DNA from: Squalus acanthias
Taxonomy: Eukaryota
DNA: 64,000 nt
NCBI GenBank assembly: GCA_030390025.1
Contig: CM059432.1
Span: 38,628,001 to 38,692,000 of the forward strand
Direction: 5' to 3'
The position numbers and the translations under genes are program-made. Positions within the stretch are counted from its first letter, which is position 1. Each line of letters starts with the position of its first letter. The notes under the pieces were generated by a model. It worked only from the letters and a program-made list of their open reading frames with translations, ran no database searches and was not told the DNA's origin. This document shows, piece by piece, positions 38,831-52,545 of this stretch.

Positions 38831-41452
38831 GGGAACATAAACATGCCAATATTGAAAGAAAACAACACATCTGATTAGCAAAAATGCTTCATCAGGTCTC
38901 AAGAAAACTGTATATGCTTTTAAGTCACTGAGGTGACACTTTTGCAGAATATTTACAGACATACAGACTTGCACAGATTTCCCATGAGACTCACAGATCC
39001 AATGTCCATTTCAGGGTATAACTTACTTGCACTTTAAACTCATGGAAAATCTCATTCCTCAGCACACGAGATCAGTACACAGAGCGTCTTCAGCCTACTC
39101 ACAGTGTGAGGAGGAATCAATGATCTGATAGAGTACCATCTAAACCACCACTCCCAACTCTAACCAATGCTCTCCACACACACCAAGATCAACTCCCTGG
39201 ATGGCAGTGGTCCAATCCTCTGCTGAAGGAGAGGCTGCGGTGGCATTATACAAAGGGAGAGGAGAACTAGGCTAGTATGAGGTTCGGACTGGGAGGGGAG
39301 CCCTGAGCTCTCAACTCATACTGAATGAATGTGCCCTCTCACTTGGGATCTCTGATCCCACAAGTTAAAGGGGGACTCTGCTCTTACACTGGGATGAGTT
39401 GGGGCTTCTCTGCCATGACAATGTGGTGTCTCCCATCACACAGAGCGGGGCATCTCTGCCCTCACACGTAGGGTCACTGACCTTACACTGCTTCTCAACC
39501 TACTTCCATTCCATTTTTAAAAAGGAATTCAGGGCAGTATGTCCAAATTTATTTATTTTGCCAGGAAAGCCACTCTTTTGCCTCCAAAAATGCTTAAAAT
39601 CCGAGAGTTGCTGGGAAATTGACTCCCTGGATCCCCCAGCGGGGCCCTGCCCCTGGACACTGCTGGAGCCCTGGGGCCAACTCACTGATTTCAATACTTA
39701 AAAGGTTGACATTTTGATACTATCCAGCCTGCCCACTTCGGAAACAAATCTGATTCTAGGGGAGAGGGATAACAAAAAAAAGCAATTCACTATTGAAGGT
39801 TGGTAAAAATCCAAGAGTTTGGAGTTGGTGGGAATGAAACATCAATTATTCTCAGAAATACATAAATGGAACTGAATATTTTAAAGCATAAGCATTTTTT
39901 AAGTGCCCAGTATGTGAAAGGGATGGAGAGGTGGAATAAGGTGACCTATGTGGTACTTTTAAGAAGTTACTGAGGTGCCAAATTAAACTGCATGGACAGA
40001 AGCATAATATTCTAACTTAATTGAGCAGACGGAGGTGATGGTGGGACGAGGGAGAAGACGGGGTCAGGTCGACTGCATTTTGTAATTTCACAGTGAAGTC
40101 CCAAGTTGGAAATTTTCTCTAGTGTCAGATTAATCACCAACAGCAAATACATTATATCATTTATCTTCAAAATGTCAAACATGCTGTGAAGTGTTCATTT
40201 ACTACCATTGCTTAACCCAAGATTTAATTCGATAAAATGTTGTTTCGAAGAAAAAAGTTGCGTAATGGACTGCAACGATCTGAAAACACATTTTAAATTT
40301 TACCACAAAAATAATATTGGTGCATTTGCAAAGATTTAGAGAAAAGATGGGCCTAACCGATACTTACTGTCTTCTTCATGTTACCTTGGTGTGAAAGGGT
40401 TTTGTCTGCAAAAAAGCACTCTCTAGATAGCTTTGGCAAGTCAAATATTTACTGAATCAGTGCATTTCTCCTATTATTTGATGAATTCTGAATGCTGAAC
40501 CACTGGTCCATCTAATAAAATGAACAATTTTAGCACTGTCAAACCTAGTTACAAGATATGGATCAGAAACGAGGACCTCTATATTAACCCGCACCCCTCC
40601 ACGATTGTTGGGAGGTCGGGGGGGGGGGGGCCTAAAAACAAAGCCAACCTGGCGCGTACTCAGCTGCCGCGTACTCACCTGCCGCCATTTTTATTAACAT
40701 ATTTAAATCAGGCTTCTACAGTGCAATTGGGAGCCTGATTTAAATTTAACTACAACCGGCCGGGTTTCCTGTGGCTTGGGAAAACCGGCAGCAAAATGGA
40801 GGCAAGAGTGTCCCCCACCCCCTCAAGGAAACCTTTGGCTACCCTTCTGCTGATCGCGGCCTCTCTCTAGCCCCTGCCGTAATCAGCGACCCCCCCCCCC
40901 CCCCCACGCCCTTATCTGTAGCCTGTTCCCCGCCCAATTGCTGGGTATGGTCCAAAGGGTCCCTGGCTGCGGCCTCCTGCCCTTGGTTTGCCCACCCGAC
41001 AGCTGGTCAGCCTGTCAATTTGTCCGGCTGTTGGGCGGGAAACGGAAAATATCTTGAGGTGTGAGTAACAGTTTAATACTTGAAATTCTTAAAACCCAGA
41101 CAAATTCAGCTATGTGGTTTATGCATTTCCTTATCAGAGTTTCCCACTGAAGCCTTTTGACATACTGACATTTCTTTACAGTAAAAAAATCCTCTGCAAA
41201 ACTGTTGGAATTAGAATGTTGCAAACAGCTTTTAATTTTGCAGTCATTTTCTGGAGCATAAAATACGGTTGTAAAAATAAAATCTAACGTTGCATATCAG
41301 AAGAGTCAATTTTCATCATTCATGGTTTAGTGATGGTTGGATTTCAGTGTCAGACAGAGGAGAGAGTTTGGTTGACTAGCGTGAGGTTTTCCTGAATTAC
41401 CCCATAACTTGGCAAGATAAAAACAGAAGGCAAAGTGCTGCTGTCAGCTTAC

Positions 41453-41591
41453 CTGAGCCTGATCCAGAATTATCATAATCGTCGTCGTCAACTGGCCAAT
41501 TTCCAGACTCAATGGGCTCATTATTCTCAACAGACTGTTCAAGATAGAATTCCTCAGGCCATGGCATTTTTGTCGCGGAGACAGACTGCCT
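41453..41591 (-). CDS. SDC2: Syndecan-2 coding exon 2 (heparan-sulfate attachment region)
   Basis: Acceptor ttttgttttgtag and donor G|gtaagc. The 139 nt translate RQSVSATKMPWPEEFYLEQSVENNEPIESGNWPVDDDDYDNSGSGS(G), matching the SDC2 SG..P.DDDDY..SGSG motif, phase 0 to 1. Confidence 0.93.
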
Positions 41592-42105
41592 CTACAAAAC
41601 AAAACAGAAAAAAATGGATTTAAAAAAAAAAATTGAACCCTTTAAACATTTGATATTCTTTGCACAATATGACAAATTGGACGATGAATGCCACATGTCA
41701 AGAAGAAAATTCTGTGGTAGCTTATTGCTAATCAATTATGAAAGCAGCAATGGAGAATAAAATAAATCAAATGTTACTTCTAGTGAAAAAGCAAACCTTC
41801 CAGAATTTTCCTAGGAAATGTATAGATAGTAGCCTTTGTGTATAGTCTTTATAAAAAAACAACCAGCGTTATTATTTTTCAAAACCATAATAATTGCACA
41901 TTATCGCACCTCAAGAGATTTTTTAACATGCTGCAAGAGTTCATGTATTTTTAGCAGATCAAAATTTGCCATGAGTTATATGTGTGGAAATCACTTATAA
42001 AAAAGGTGAAAAATCTAATGAAGTTTAATTTATTGGAGATTACAAGTCAATATTTATGGGCACATAAACAGGAAGCCCAATCATCTAATGTTCCATTAAT
42101 TGAAA

Positions 42106-42242
42106 CTTTAACTTTACCTGAGGAAGGGGTGACAGCTCCGAAAGCTTGTAATTTTAAATAAATCTGTTGGACTATAACCTGGTGTTGTGCGACTTCTCAT
42201 TTTTGTCCACCCCAGTCCAACGCCGGCATCTCCACATCATGA
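42106..42242 (+). mobile_element. Solo Penelope pLTR 3' end with hammerhead motif
   Basis: Similar to 16261-16353 plus the reverse complement of 15052-15085; CTGAGGA..GAAAGCTT core; 13-bp TSD CCATTAATTGAAA. Confidence 0.85.
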
Positions 42243-42602
42243 CCATTAATTGAAAGCAAGGAGGAGGTCCTTTAAGTACCATGTCATTGAATGCTCTTGC
42301 TGAAAGTTTACAGATTAGACAAGTGGACGATCCTACTCCATCCAATTTTAGAAAGGAACCACAGAATGATGAGGCAGTTTGTCTAGTTTAGCAAAGTCTT
42401 AAATTAAATTTCAAGGCACACCTCTTCTTACAGGTGTACAAAACAGCCTGTGTAAACTTTCTACATATGTTTTTTTACAAATGGTTTATGAAATTTATAA
42501 TCTGGTGAAGCACAAGTTACAAGTTACTGAAGTGGTAATTAGATGCACTCATATGGGGTACTGACCAAAATCAGCCTGCAACTATCCATTATGCATCAAA
42601 TA

Positions 42603-42958
42603 CAGGAAACTCTCTTTTAACCGGCACCCAAATAACCGGAAATCTCTCTTAACCGGCAAAATTCTTGAGTAGGTAACCGGTGTTTTCCTTCATCTCTCCT
42701 TTAAAAATAACTTTTAAAAAAACCCCGAGGCGTTTGCCTTGTATCGGAGCATGTAGATTGGGAGGGGAATGTGCAGCCCGGGTAGGCAGCGGACACGACA
42801 GATGGTCAGCTGGCGGTCCCCGGAGCTCCGAATGCAGGCGCATGTCAGTGTGTACGGGGCTCTCGTACGTTGGGAGATATAACTCTCCGTTATCCGGACT
42901 TTTTGATTAACCGGCACCACGCCGGTCCCGTCGGTGCCGGTTAATAAAGAGTTTCCTG
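42603..42958. mobile_element. Tc1/mariner (pogo/Tigger-type) MITE
   Basis: 26-bp TIRs CAGGAAACTCTcTtTTAACCGGCACC with 2 mismatches, and TA on both sides. Confidence 0.88.
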
Positions 42959-43837
42959 TACTGAGTGGGTGCAGTTAATATCCACCAAGGACCATATGAA
43001 CTCGGCTGCTGCAGATGTCCTGCACTAACATTTCAAACATTTCCATTAATTCTAAACACTTTATTGAGTTACTTCCAAATCAATGCAGTAACCAATCAAG
43101 TAACAGAGTCTCAAGTCACGTGCTGCTGTTACTTATTGCATTGAGCTGGTCAGAGGTAATCAGGAAGCAGATATTCTTTGCAGAATCCCCTCTTCAACAA
43201 CAACATGAGGGGAGGGGAAGAACGCTCTTTCATCCCCTAAACACCATGATAGTCTCGAAGAGCAAACTCAGGCTGGTCCTGAACAGCAATGTGACACAGA
43301 AACGAAGTAGAATGAAAATTCATAGCTTGTAACAGTACAAAAACTCATGTAACCTCTGCAGCGATTATCCAAAACACTATACCAAATCCATTTAAAATGC
43401 ACTTTTCTCTGGCAATTGGAGATTAAAAGGCAGTCCAATGGCAATGCTGTTGCTATTCTACCTATGACCTACAGGAGTAATAACATGTTGGGGGATGACT
43501 GTTGCGCATTCTGAGAAATGACTGCACCTTGGGACGTTTTGTTAGATCAATGCAAGTTTCTGCTGTTGTTGCCCCGCTTTGACTGAAGCTCAGCATTGGA
43601 AGGCAGAAAACACAGCTTCATTGTTGACAACTTTGGGGCTCTGCTTCAGAGTTAATACTTTTCTCGGGCTCCAACTTTTTCCCCCAGAGGTAGCAGTTCA
43701 GGATTCCAATATTCAACTTTTAATTTCTAAAAACTGTACCCAATACTCAGGAGACTTTTCACCCCAATCTAAAACACACTAATATGTAGATGTCAACTAC
43801 AAGTAATTACAGTCTACTTTGCGTAATATGAACCTTT

Positions 43838-44062
43838 TCCATGGCACTATTTGAAGAGCAGGGGAGCTTCCTGGTGTCCTGGCCAACATTTATCCCTCAA
43901 ACAACACCACTAAGAACAGGTTTTCTGGTCATCATCTCCATTGCTGTCTGTAAATTTCCCTACATTACAACAGTGATTACACTTTAAAAGTACTTCATTG
44001 GCAGTGAAGAGCTTTGGAACAGTTTGAGGTTGTGAAAAGCATTATACATATGCAAGTTTTCT
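43838..44062 (+). mobile_element. DeuSINE-like fragment with L2-type tail
   Basis: ccatggcactatttgaagagcaggggag..ggtgtcctggccaacatttatccctcaa, shared with 53975-54045. Confidence 0.65.
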
Positions 44063-44754
44063 TTTTGTGGGGGGGGGGGGGAATAATTTGAATTAGCTGG
44101 CAGTGGAAATAAGCCATGTTTAATAGAGTTTCACTGAAGCAGCACACTGTACATTGCAGGAACACTCAGAAAAAATCATAAAACACCATAAAACAGCAAT
44201 TTTTAAAATGCATGTACTGTACAAGCTGCACAAAGTAAAGTACAGTTATTTCGCAAAATAATCAGTGGTTTTGGTTTGCTTCCTGCTGACAGCACATTTG
44301 TCCTCAAAGCTTCGTCTCTATTTGGTACAGATAAAAGCTCCATCGGGACCTCTGGCCGAGCTGTCAGCAATCACACACAATTCAATGTCATGGCCATGGT
44401 CTGCTCACTCTCACCATCCTTTGGCACAGCATCAACAATTTCCATGTTGGTCAATAATTTTGACATCAGGACTTATCAAGATCAACAGTGGATGCCAAAA
44501 CCCTGGCCTACCAGCGGTCAGAGAGCTCGTGTGTTCAGAGGCTCGTTGCTTCAGAGTTGGGCATCAGTACCCGTGAGGAATCCTCAAAGGGTCAGATGCA
44601 ACTGCTGTTTCTGCTGGCGGGATGAATTTACAGTGCCAAAAGCACCCAAGCAGAATAGCTTTCACCTACGGAAAATGCTCAGGGTGCGAAGCTTGATAAA
44701 TAAGTGAATTACAGTCAGAAAGAAAGAAGTTGGCAATGGATTCTGCTTTCAGTT

Positions 44755-45415
44755 AGAAACATAGGAGCAGGAGTAGGCCATTCGGCCCTTCGAGCCTGCT
44801 CCACCATTCAATATGATCATGGCTGATCCTCTATCTCAATACCATATTCCCGCTCTCTCCCCATACCCCTTGATGCCTTTTGTGTCTAGAAATCTATCTA
44901 TCTCCTTCTTAAATATATTCAGTGACTTGGCCTCCACAGCCTTCTGTGGTAGAGAATTCCACAGGTTCACCACCCTCTGAGTGAAGAAATTTCTCCTCAT
45001 CTCAGTCCTAAATGTCCTACCCCGTATCCTGAGACTGTGACCCCCTCGTTCTAGACCCCCCAGCCAGGGGAAACATCCTCCCTGCATCCAGTCTGTCTAG
45101 CCCTGTCAGAATTTTATACGTTTCAATGAGATCCCCTCTCATTCTTCTAAACTCTCGTGAATACAGGCCTAGTCGACCCAATCTCTCCTCATACGACAGT
45201 CCTGCCATCCCAGGAATCAGTCTGGTGAACCTTTGCTGCACTCCCTCTATGGCAAGTATATCCTTTCTTCAGCAAGATCATCAAAACTGCACACAGTACT
45301 CCAGGTATGGTCTCACCAAGGCCCTGTATAACTCTAGTAAGACATCCTTGCTCCTGTACTCAAATCCTCTTGCAATGAAGGCCAACATACCATTTGCCTT
45401 CATAACTGCTTGCCA
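44755..45415 (-). mobile_element. CR1 3' fragment
   Basis: QQRFTRLIPGMAGLSYEERL and a tagaaacatag tail. Confidence 0.9.
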
Positions 45416-46542
45416 TTAAGAGAATATGTGGACTGTCCGCAACCACTTTTCCCACAGAATATTATTTGCACTGCTGTTTCAAAGCATCAATCACACCAGC
45501 AACCAATGGCTGATTCATGCTTGGTGGTAAGCTCCGTTGCATTTAAATTCAGGCACTTTACATGAGCCCCAGAGTAACGATCAAGGTGACTTTTCTGCCT
45601 TCCATTGCCAAACTTCAGTCAGTGGTGCAGTTGCGTCTCAAAAAGAGCATCAGTCATCCCCATCATTTGATTACTCCTGTAGGTCACAGGCAGAATAGCA
45701 ACGCTAAGATGACAGGGGGGGACGGGGGTCTTTCAAACTCCCAGTCGCCAGCAACTTTCCTTTCCTGAGCCATTCAGGTTTCCAAAAATTCTCAGAATCA
45801 AGCTGGCTACAAAATTAAAATATCTATATAAAATATATCTTAGTATACAATAACATCTAGAAAGTGATTACTAGGTGAACTGCAGGTTTTATTTTAATAT
45901 TCTGGGCTCTCTGAATATTCAAAGTTAAAACTACAAACTGTAGTTCTGTACAACTAAGTGACATTAAGACTAACTATACTGCAGAGTATGACCCTCAGTT
46001 GAAGTCAAAGCCAGCTGCAGGTCACACTGTGGTAAGTAACAACAGAACACTGTGCAGGATTGCACTGATGCCCGAGCAGAGCTCTGCTCGCTGCGCTGCT
46101 CATTTTTAATACAGTAACAGCTTGCATTTATAGAGCGTCTTTCACTTATTAAAACATCCCAAGGTGCGAAGGGGTGGGAGTTCTCCTGCCGAAGTTATGG
46201 CAGACAAGAAGAACTGGACAAATGGGAGAATCCACGCAGATATTCACCTCCTTAATGTCAGCAGAGTGCGAGACTGAGCATCAGCTTGCTCACAAAGATT
46301 GAAATATGAGCTTTAAAACATCCCTAGGAGGTCCAGTGGACCACCTTGGAACTTTAAGCTGCTGCTTTCCATCTGGCTGGGAGTACACTGCAATTGATGA
46401 AGAGTCAAACTGGTGCAAGGTGATTTCCTGGGAGATGATCTTGTAAACTCACTAAAACTGGGAAGTGCGAGTTAAGATTGCTGACTTGACTCCCGAGTTA
46501 TACTGCCAGTTTTGCATTAACGCAAAAATGGCAGCATAATTG

Positions 46543-47245
46543 TCATAGAATCACAGAATGATACAGCATAGAAGGAGACCGTTTTGGCTTATCGTGCCTG
46601 TGCCGGCTCTTTGGAAGAGCTATCCAATTAGTCCCACGCCCCTGCTCTTTCCTCACAGCCCTGAAATTTTTGCCCCCACATCAAGTATTTATCCAATTCC
46701 CTTTTGAAAATTACTACAGAATCTGCTTCCAGCACCCTTTCTGGCAGTGTATTCCAGATCACAACAACTCACGGCATAAAGTGTTTTTTCCTCATGTCGC
46801 CTCTGGTTCTTTTGCCAATTACCTTAAATCTGTGTCCTCTGGTAATCGACCCTTCTGCCACTGGAAACAGTTTCTCCTTACTTTATCAAAACCATTCATT
46901 ATTTTGAACAACTATCAAATCTCCTCTTAACCTTCTCTGTTCTAAGGAGAACAATCCCAACTTCTCCAGTCTCTCCACATAACTGAAGTCCCTCATCCCT
47001 GGTACCATTCTAGTAAATCTGTGCTGTGCCCTCTCCAAGGCCTTGACATCCTTCCTAAAGTGTGGTGCCCAGAATTGGACACAATACTCCAGCTGGTGCC
47101 TAACTAGTGTTTTATAAAGGCTGAGCATAACTTCCTTGCTTTTGTACTCTATGCCCCTATTTATAAAGCCAAGGATCCCATATGCTTTTTTAACAGCCTT
47201 CTCAATTTGTCCTGCTACCTTCAAAGATGTGTGTACATACACCCT
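46543..47245 (-). mobile_element. CR1 3' fragment
   Basis: KAYGILGFINRG..LEYCVQFWAP and a catagaatc tail. Confidence 0.88.
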
Positions 47246-50200
47246 TTTGGGTCCTTAAAACAAAGAGAAAAGAAACTGTAGGTTAGTCTCATGGCAAAAG
47301 CTTTCTGTGCCCACTTTACAGGTGGACGGAGAGTATAATATTTTCAGGCTGCGTAGACTAAACAAAACAGAAAACTTAAGTAATTAACAAAAGGTCCCAC
47401 AATTGTTTAGTATGTACCTAAAGATCAATAAATCCATTCACGTGGCAAGTATATTTCTAAAATCAAAGTTTTATTCAACATATACAAGTGTGTTGTCAAG
47501 CTGTAAATATTGAATAGAAACAAATTTACTGCATGATTGTAGTCCTGCCAATTTGCCCTTCACACAGCTGGGAGGTGCTCCTTCACATCAATGACACCCG
47601 TCTGCAATTGGCTCCACTGTAAATACCAGAGATTGACATCTGCTCCTGGACAACGATCAAAGGCCATACACAAGCCAACAATAGTTTAGCATTGGCCCAG
47701 AATAGGTAGTAAACCATTATTCCATATAATGGAGTATGTGATCAAATACACCTGCTTTCTGTAACTGCAGCAATTACCTAGGAAACTTGTGGTTTGGAAA
47801 CAGCAATTCTATCTTTTAAAAAAAAAGATTTTAAAAGGAGTGACTTTAAAAAGACCCTTCCATCCTGTTTTGACGAATCTGGATGAATGATTACAGCTGC
47901 CTGGACTACCCCCTTGGCATGCAAGTCAGTAACTCTGCAGCTAATAGTGTTTTCACTGCCTCAATGCCCCTCTCCTCTGGCATTTATTGCTGCTGCTTCA
48001 CGTGGTCACATTTCATGGCAAAATCCCTGGGAACCTATTTGGAACTGCTGAAGCTTGCCCCTGTAGAAGCTGTTTTTAATACCAATTGTGCTCTTCAGCC
48101 TCATCAAAATCAGTTGTAATCAATCATGTAGGGCTATGCAAGTGCTGCCACATTCATTGGTCTAGTTCAAGTTGATTGCATAATCATTCTCACAAATAAC
48201 CCCTAATCTTACCTATTTGATGAGAACTACTCAAAAAGTGTCCTTTATTGGCATCTTTTAATCTCAATATTCAACAAAGCCATATTTAATGTCGCAATCC
48301 AATACAAGTACAGTATGTACCGTAGTCTGTTAAAAATACAATTTTTTTTGAGATATGCTTTGACCTAAAGTACAATTTTTTTTACACTTGCCATTTTTGT
48401 CCTAACTTAAATGTTGCTGAGAACAAAAGCTCTAACTGGACTTAGGTACAAGATTCTTCTTCCTTCGCTAAATTAGACAACACTAAGGGGACAACTCTCA
48501 GTCTACGAAGTCTTCACTGTTTTTCATAAAGTAAAAAAAAGGAAGGACCCGAGTTACCTTTGCCTGGACAATTCAGCGATGCCAAGCAATGAATGCTTGT
48601 ATAAGAAGGAGCACTGATTTAGCTGTTGCCCAGCCTCCAAGGCAAAGGATAAAAAGCTTCCTTCAGTAGAGCACGAGGCCAGTATCGTGAAGCCTGTACC
48701 CTATCCCCTTCCGGTTAGATATACAAGATGGCCAAATTACATAATTTGGTACTGCATCAAGACTAAAACACTGGAAAGATGGACTTCTTGATAAGAGAGG
48801 CAGCAGCACATAGGCCTGATTACATTGAGCATCTATCAATGTTCAGGTAAAACATGTCTTAATGCTCAGATAAAACATAAGTCAGCCTGATGATTCCTTG
48901 AGGGCCAAAACCCAAGCAACTAATTACGATGGCAACGTAATTAGATTCTACTCATGAGAGAATTCATCACGGAAATCTCAACAGGTTCAGCCTTACCTAT
49001 TGATGAATTGAAAATGCAGTAGCTCAGATGAGATAATTTTAATCCTCGAGACACTAGTTCTGTTCATGTCAACAAGAAGAAACAGGATGAGCAGGGAAAA
49101 AAAGCACCTGGTGTTTTGAGAATCCTTCCATCTCTGATCTTGTCTAATTTGTCAAGTTTGTTCCTCTTGCCTTTTGTGAGGGTAACGCAGCACAAGGTGC
49201 CAATTAATTATCTCCAGTGACTGGGAAGGCATTCCTACAGCTTACACAAATATTAAACCAAGACTTGGAATTAGCTAAAGACCCGGTGCAGGAATTGAAA
49301 ACATCAAAGTGCCTGAAGCACTAATCAAAAATCGCAGATGTGACACCACTTTTTTTTTATGGAAGTGAAATGTCTAGCAGAAGATTAAAAGGTGTTGCTG
49401 GTAAGATTATGTTCACAAAATAAATTTCCGGTTTTCAGGACATAACACAAAGTCATAAGATGGATGGACAGAAGGATGATGCTACTAACAGCCTCAAGAA
49501 GAATTTCAAACCTGGAGCTACAGATATACATAGGTCTTCAGTGTATTACTGACTTGGACAGCTTATCTGTCCTGGCGTACAACTTTTCCAAGGTCCCGAG
49601 AAAATGGCTGTATCAGCTTTCATGAGGACTTTAGTAAGCAAACAATAAGCCATGCATACAGACAGAACATCCGGCATCAAAACATACAATAGAGATCTGA
49701 CCATCAACTTCGATTTTCACAATTTTACATCTACCACAATCAGAGCCAGCCATGCGGTGTAAAGCATGGAGAAGGAAGTGGCTCATCTGCAGCAGTGCTT
49801 CATGCTCTGCATGTCTAAAGAATGCGGTTTGCTACAGTGAAAAGAGAAAACTTGATTTTTTAACTCCAGCTTTGAACACTTTTAACTGAAGTTTTACAAA
49901 AAAAAAAATCTATAAACAGGTGGTAAAAGAAACTCATTGATAATGCTTAAAAAGTACCAATAATAAGCAACAATATCAAGAACACTCGCAGTTATTAATG
50001 ATGCAACTTTTTTTGTTAAATTGCACCACTTTTTAAAAAAAGTGTATATTAAAATTAACATTAATAAGCTGGAGCAGCGATGGGGGGGGTTTGTATGGGT
50101 TGGAGGGGATACTTACATGATGCGAAGGGGAGGGGGATGCAAAGGTGCGGGACAGTGCTGGTAAGAGTGGGTAAGGAAGTTGGAGCAGCAAGTGGAAGAG

Positions 50201-50427
50201 AGGAGGGAGAAGTGGATAAACACAGAGGGACCAGACAGTAACAGCAAAAATGCCCCTTAGTTCTTCATGCAACCAGCAAAGTGGAGATGGGAGGGGTGTG
50301 TGGGGAGTGGTGAATGAATTAAATAGAAAAAGAGGAAACAGCTAAGTGAGGCGAATGCAGGATATCTGGGGGGTGGGGGGAGGAAAGAGAAGAGGGGGGG
50401 GGTTTGAGACGAGGGACAAACAATCAG

Positions 50428-52430
50428 AGACGACGACAACAACAATTTATATAGCGCCTTTAAGGTAGTAAAACGTCCCAAGGCGCTTCACAAGAGTATT
50501 TTAAGACAAAAAAATGTGGCACCGATCCACATAAGGAGAAATTAGGGCAGGTGACCAAAAGCTTGGTCAAAGAAGTAGGTTTTAAGGAGCGTCTTAAAGG
50601 AGGTAGTGAGGTGGAGAGGTTTAGGCAGGGAATTCCAGAGCTTAGGGCCTAGGCAACAGAAGGCATATCCACCAATGGTTGAGCGATTATAATCAGGGAT
50701 GCTCAAGAGGGCAGAATTAGAGGAGCGCAGATATCCCGGGGTGGGGGGGTTTGTGGGGCTGAAGGAGATTACTGAGATAGGAAGGGGCGAGGCCATGGAG
50801 GGATTTGAGAACAAGGATGAGAATTTTGAAATCGAGGCGCTGCTTAACCGGGAGCCAGTGTAGGTCAGCGAGCACAGGGGTGATGGGCGAACGGGACTTG
50901 GAGAGCGTTAGGACACAGGGCAGCTGAGTTTTGGATGACCTCAAGTTTACGTAGGGTGGAATGTGGGAGGCCAGCCTGGAGTGCATTGGAATAGTCAGGT
51001 CTAGAGGTAACAAAGGCATGGATGAGGGTTTCAGCAGCAGATGAGGTGCGGCAAGGGCGGAGACGGACGATGTTAGAGTTGTAAGTAGGCGGTCTTCGTT
51101 ATGCTGCGGATATGTGGTTGGAAGTTCAGTTCAGGGTCAAATATGACACCAAGGTTGCGAACAGTGTGGTTCAGCCTCAGACAGATGTTAGGGAGAGGGA
51201 TGAAGTCAGTGGCTAGGGAACGGAGTTTGTGACGGGGACCAAAAACAATGGCTTCGGTCTTCCCAATATTTAATTGGAGAAAATTTTTGCTCATCTAGAA
51301 CTATGTCGGACAAGCAGTCTGACAATTTAGCCACCGTGGAGGGGTTGAGAGAAGCGGTGGTGCGGTAGAGCTGGGTGTAGTCAGCGTACATGTGGAAACT
51401 GACGCTGTGTTTTCGGATGATGTCACCAAGGGGCAACATGTAGATGAGAAATAGGAGGGGGCCAAGGATAGATCCTTGGGGGACATCAGAGGTAACGATG
51501 CGGGAGCAGGAAGAGAAGCCATTGCAGGTGATTCTCTGGTTACGATTAAGTGATAAGAATGGAACCAGGTGAGTGCAGTCCCGCCCAGCTGGACGACGGT
51601 GGAGAGGCGTTGGAGAAGGATGGAGTGGTCAACCATGTCAAAGGCTGCAGACAAGTCAAGAAGGACGAGGAGGGATCGTTTACCTTTGTCACAGTCAGAA
51701 AGGATGCGACAAGTTCAAGGACTTGAGAGGAAAGGGAGGTTGGACGATAGTTTGCAAGGATGGAGGGATCAAGGGTTGTTTTTTTTTGAGAGGGGTGATG
51801 ACGGATAAATTTGAGGGAGAGGGGGACAGTACCCGAGGAGAGAGAACTGTTAACAATATCAGCTAACATGGGAGCCAGAAAAGGAAGTTGGGTGGTCAGC
51901 AGTTTGGTGGGAATAGGGTCGAGGGAGCAGGAGGTGAGTCTCATGGACAAGATGAGCGCAGAGAGGTCATGAGGGGAGATCGGAGAGAAACTGGAGAAAG
52001 ATGTGAGTTCAGGTCTAGGGCAGGGGGGAACTTTAGAGGAAATTTGGCCCAGTGGGCTAGGGGAAGGAAGGGATGTGGCAGAGACAGCTGAACGGATGGT
52101 CTCAATCTTAGTGACAAAGAAGTCCATGAGCTCCTCACACTTGTTAGCGGTGGTGAGGGTGGAGGAGACAGGGGAGAGGGGTTTAAGAAGACGGTTAGCA
52201 GTAGAGAGTAGGAGCCGGGGTTTATCTTTGCATTCCAGAATGATTCTGGAATAGTGAGCAATTTTGGCAGACGAGAGCAGGGCCCAATAATGCTTTATGT
52301 GGTCCAGCCAGATCTGGCGGTGAATGGCTAAACCAGTTGTCCGCCATATCCGTTCGAGTCTGCGTCCCTTAGACTTAAGGGATCGAAGATGAGAGCCGTA
52401 CCAGGGGGAACGGCCAGGGTGAGAGAAGGA
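50428..52430 (-). mobile_element. 5'-truncated L2 LINE (RT fragments)
   Basis: [27 protein letters not shown] and HWLPV motifs with a gacgacaacaac tail. Confidence 0.92.
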
Positions 52431-52483
52431 AAAGAGGAGACAGAATAACATGAAAAAGGCAAATGGCGGGTAAGAGAAACACC

Positions 52484-52487
<4 letters not shown>

Positions 52488-52539
<52 letters not shown>

Positions 52540-52545
52540 AAAAAA
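52488..52545. repeat. (GT)n(AT)n microsatellite
   Basis: Directly visible. Confidence 0.95.

Noticed and set aside
40580..41060. GC-rich island in SDC2 intron 2 as a regulatory CpG island
   Set aside because: It resembles Harbinger-MITE internal sequence seen elsewhere in the window; its ends are too decayed to define.
48885..48915. Hammerhead core CTGATGA
   Set aside because: No GAAA at the right spacing after a convincing stem II.
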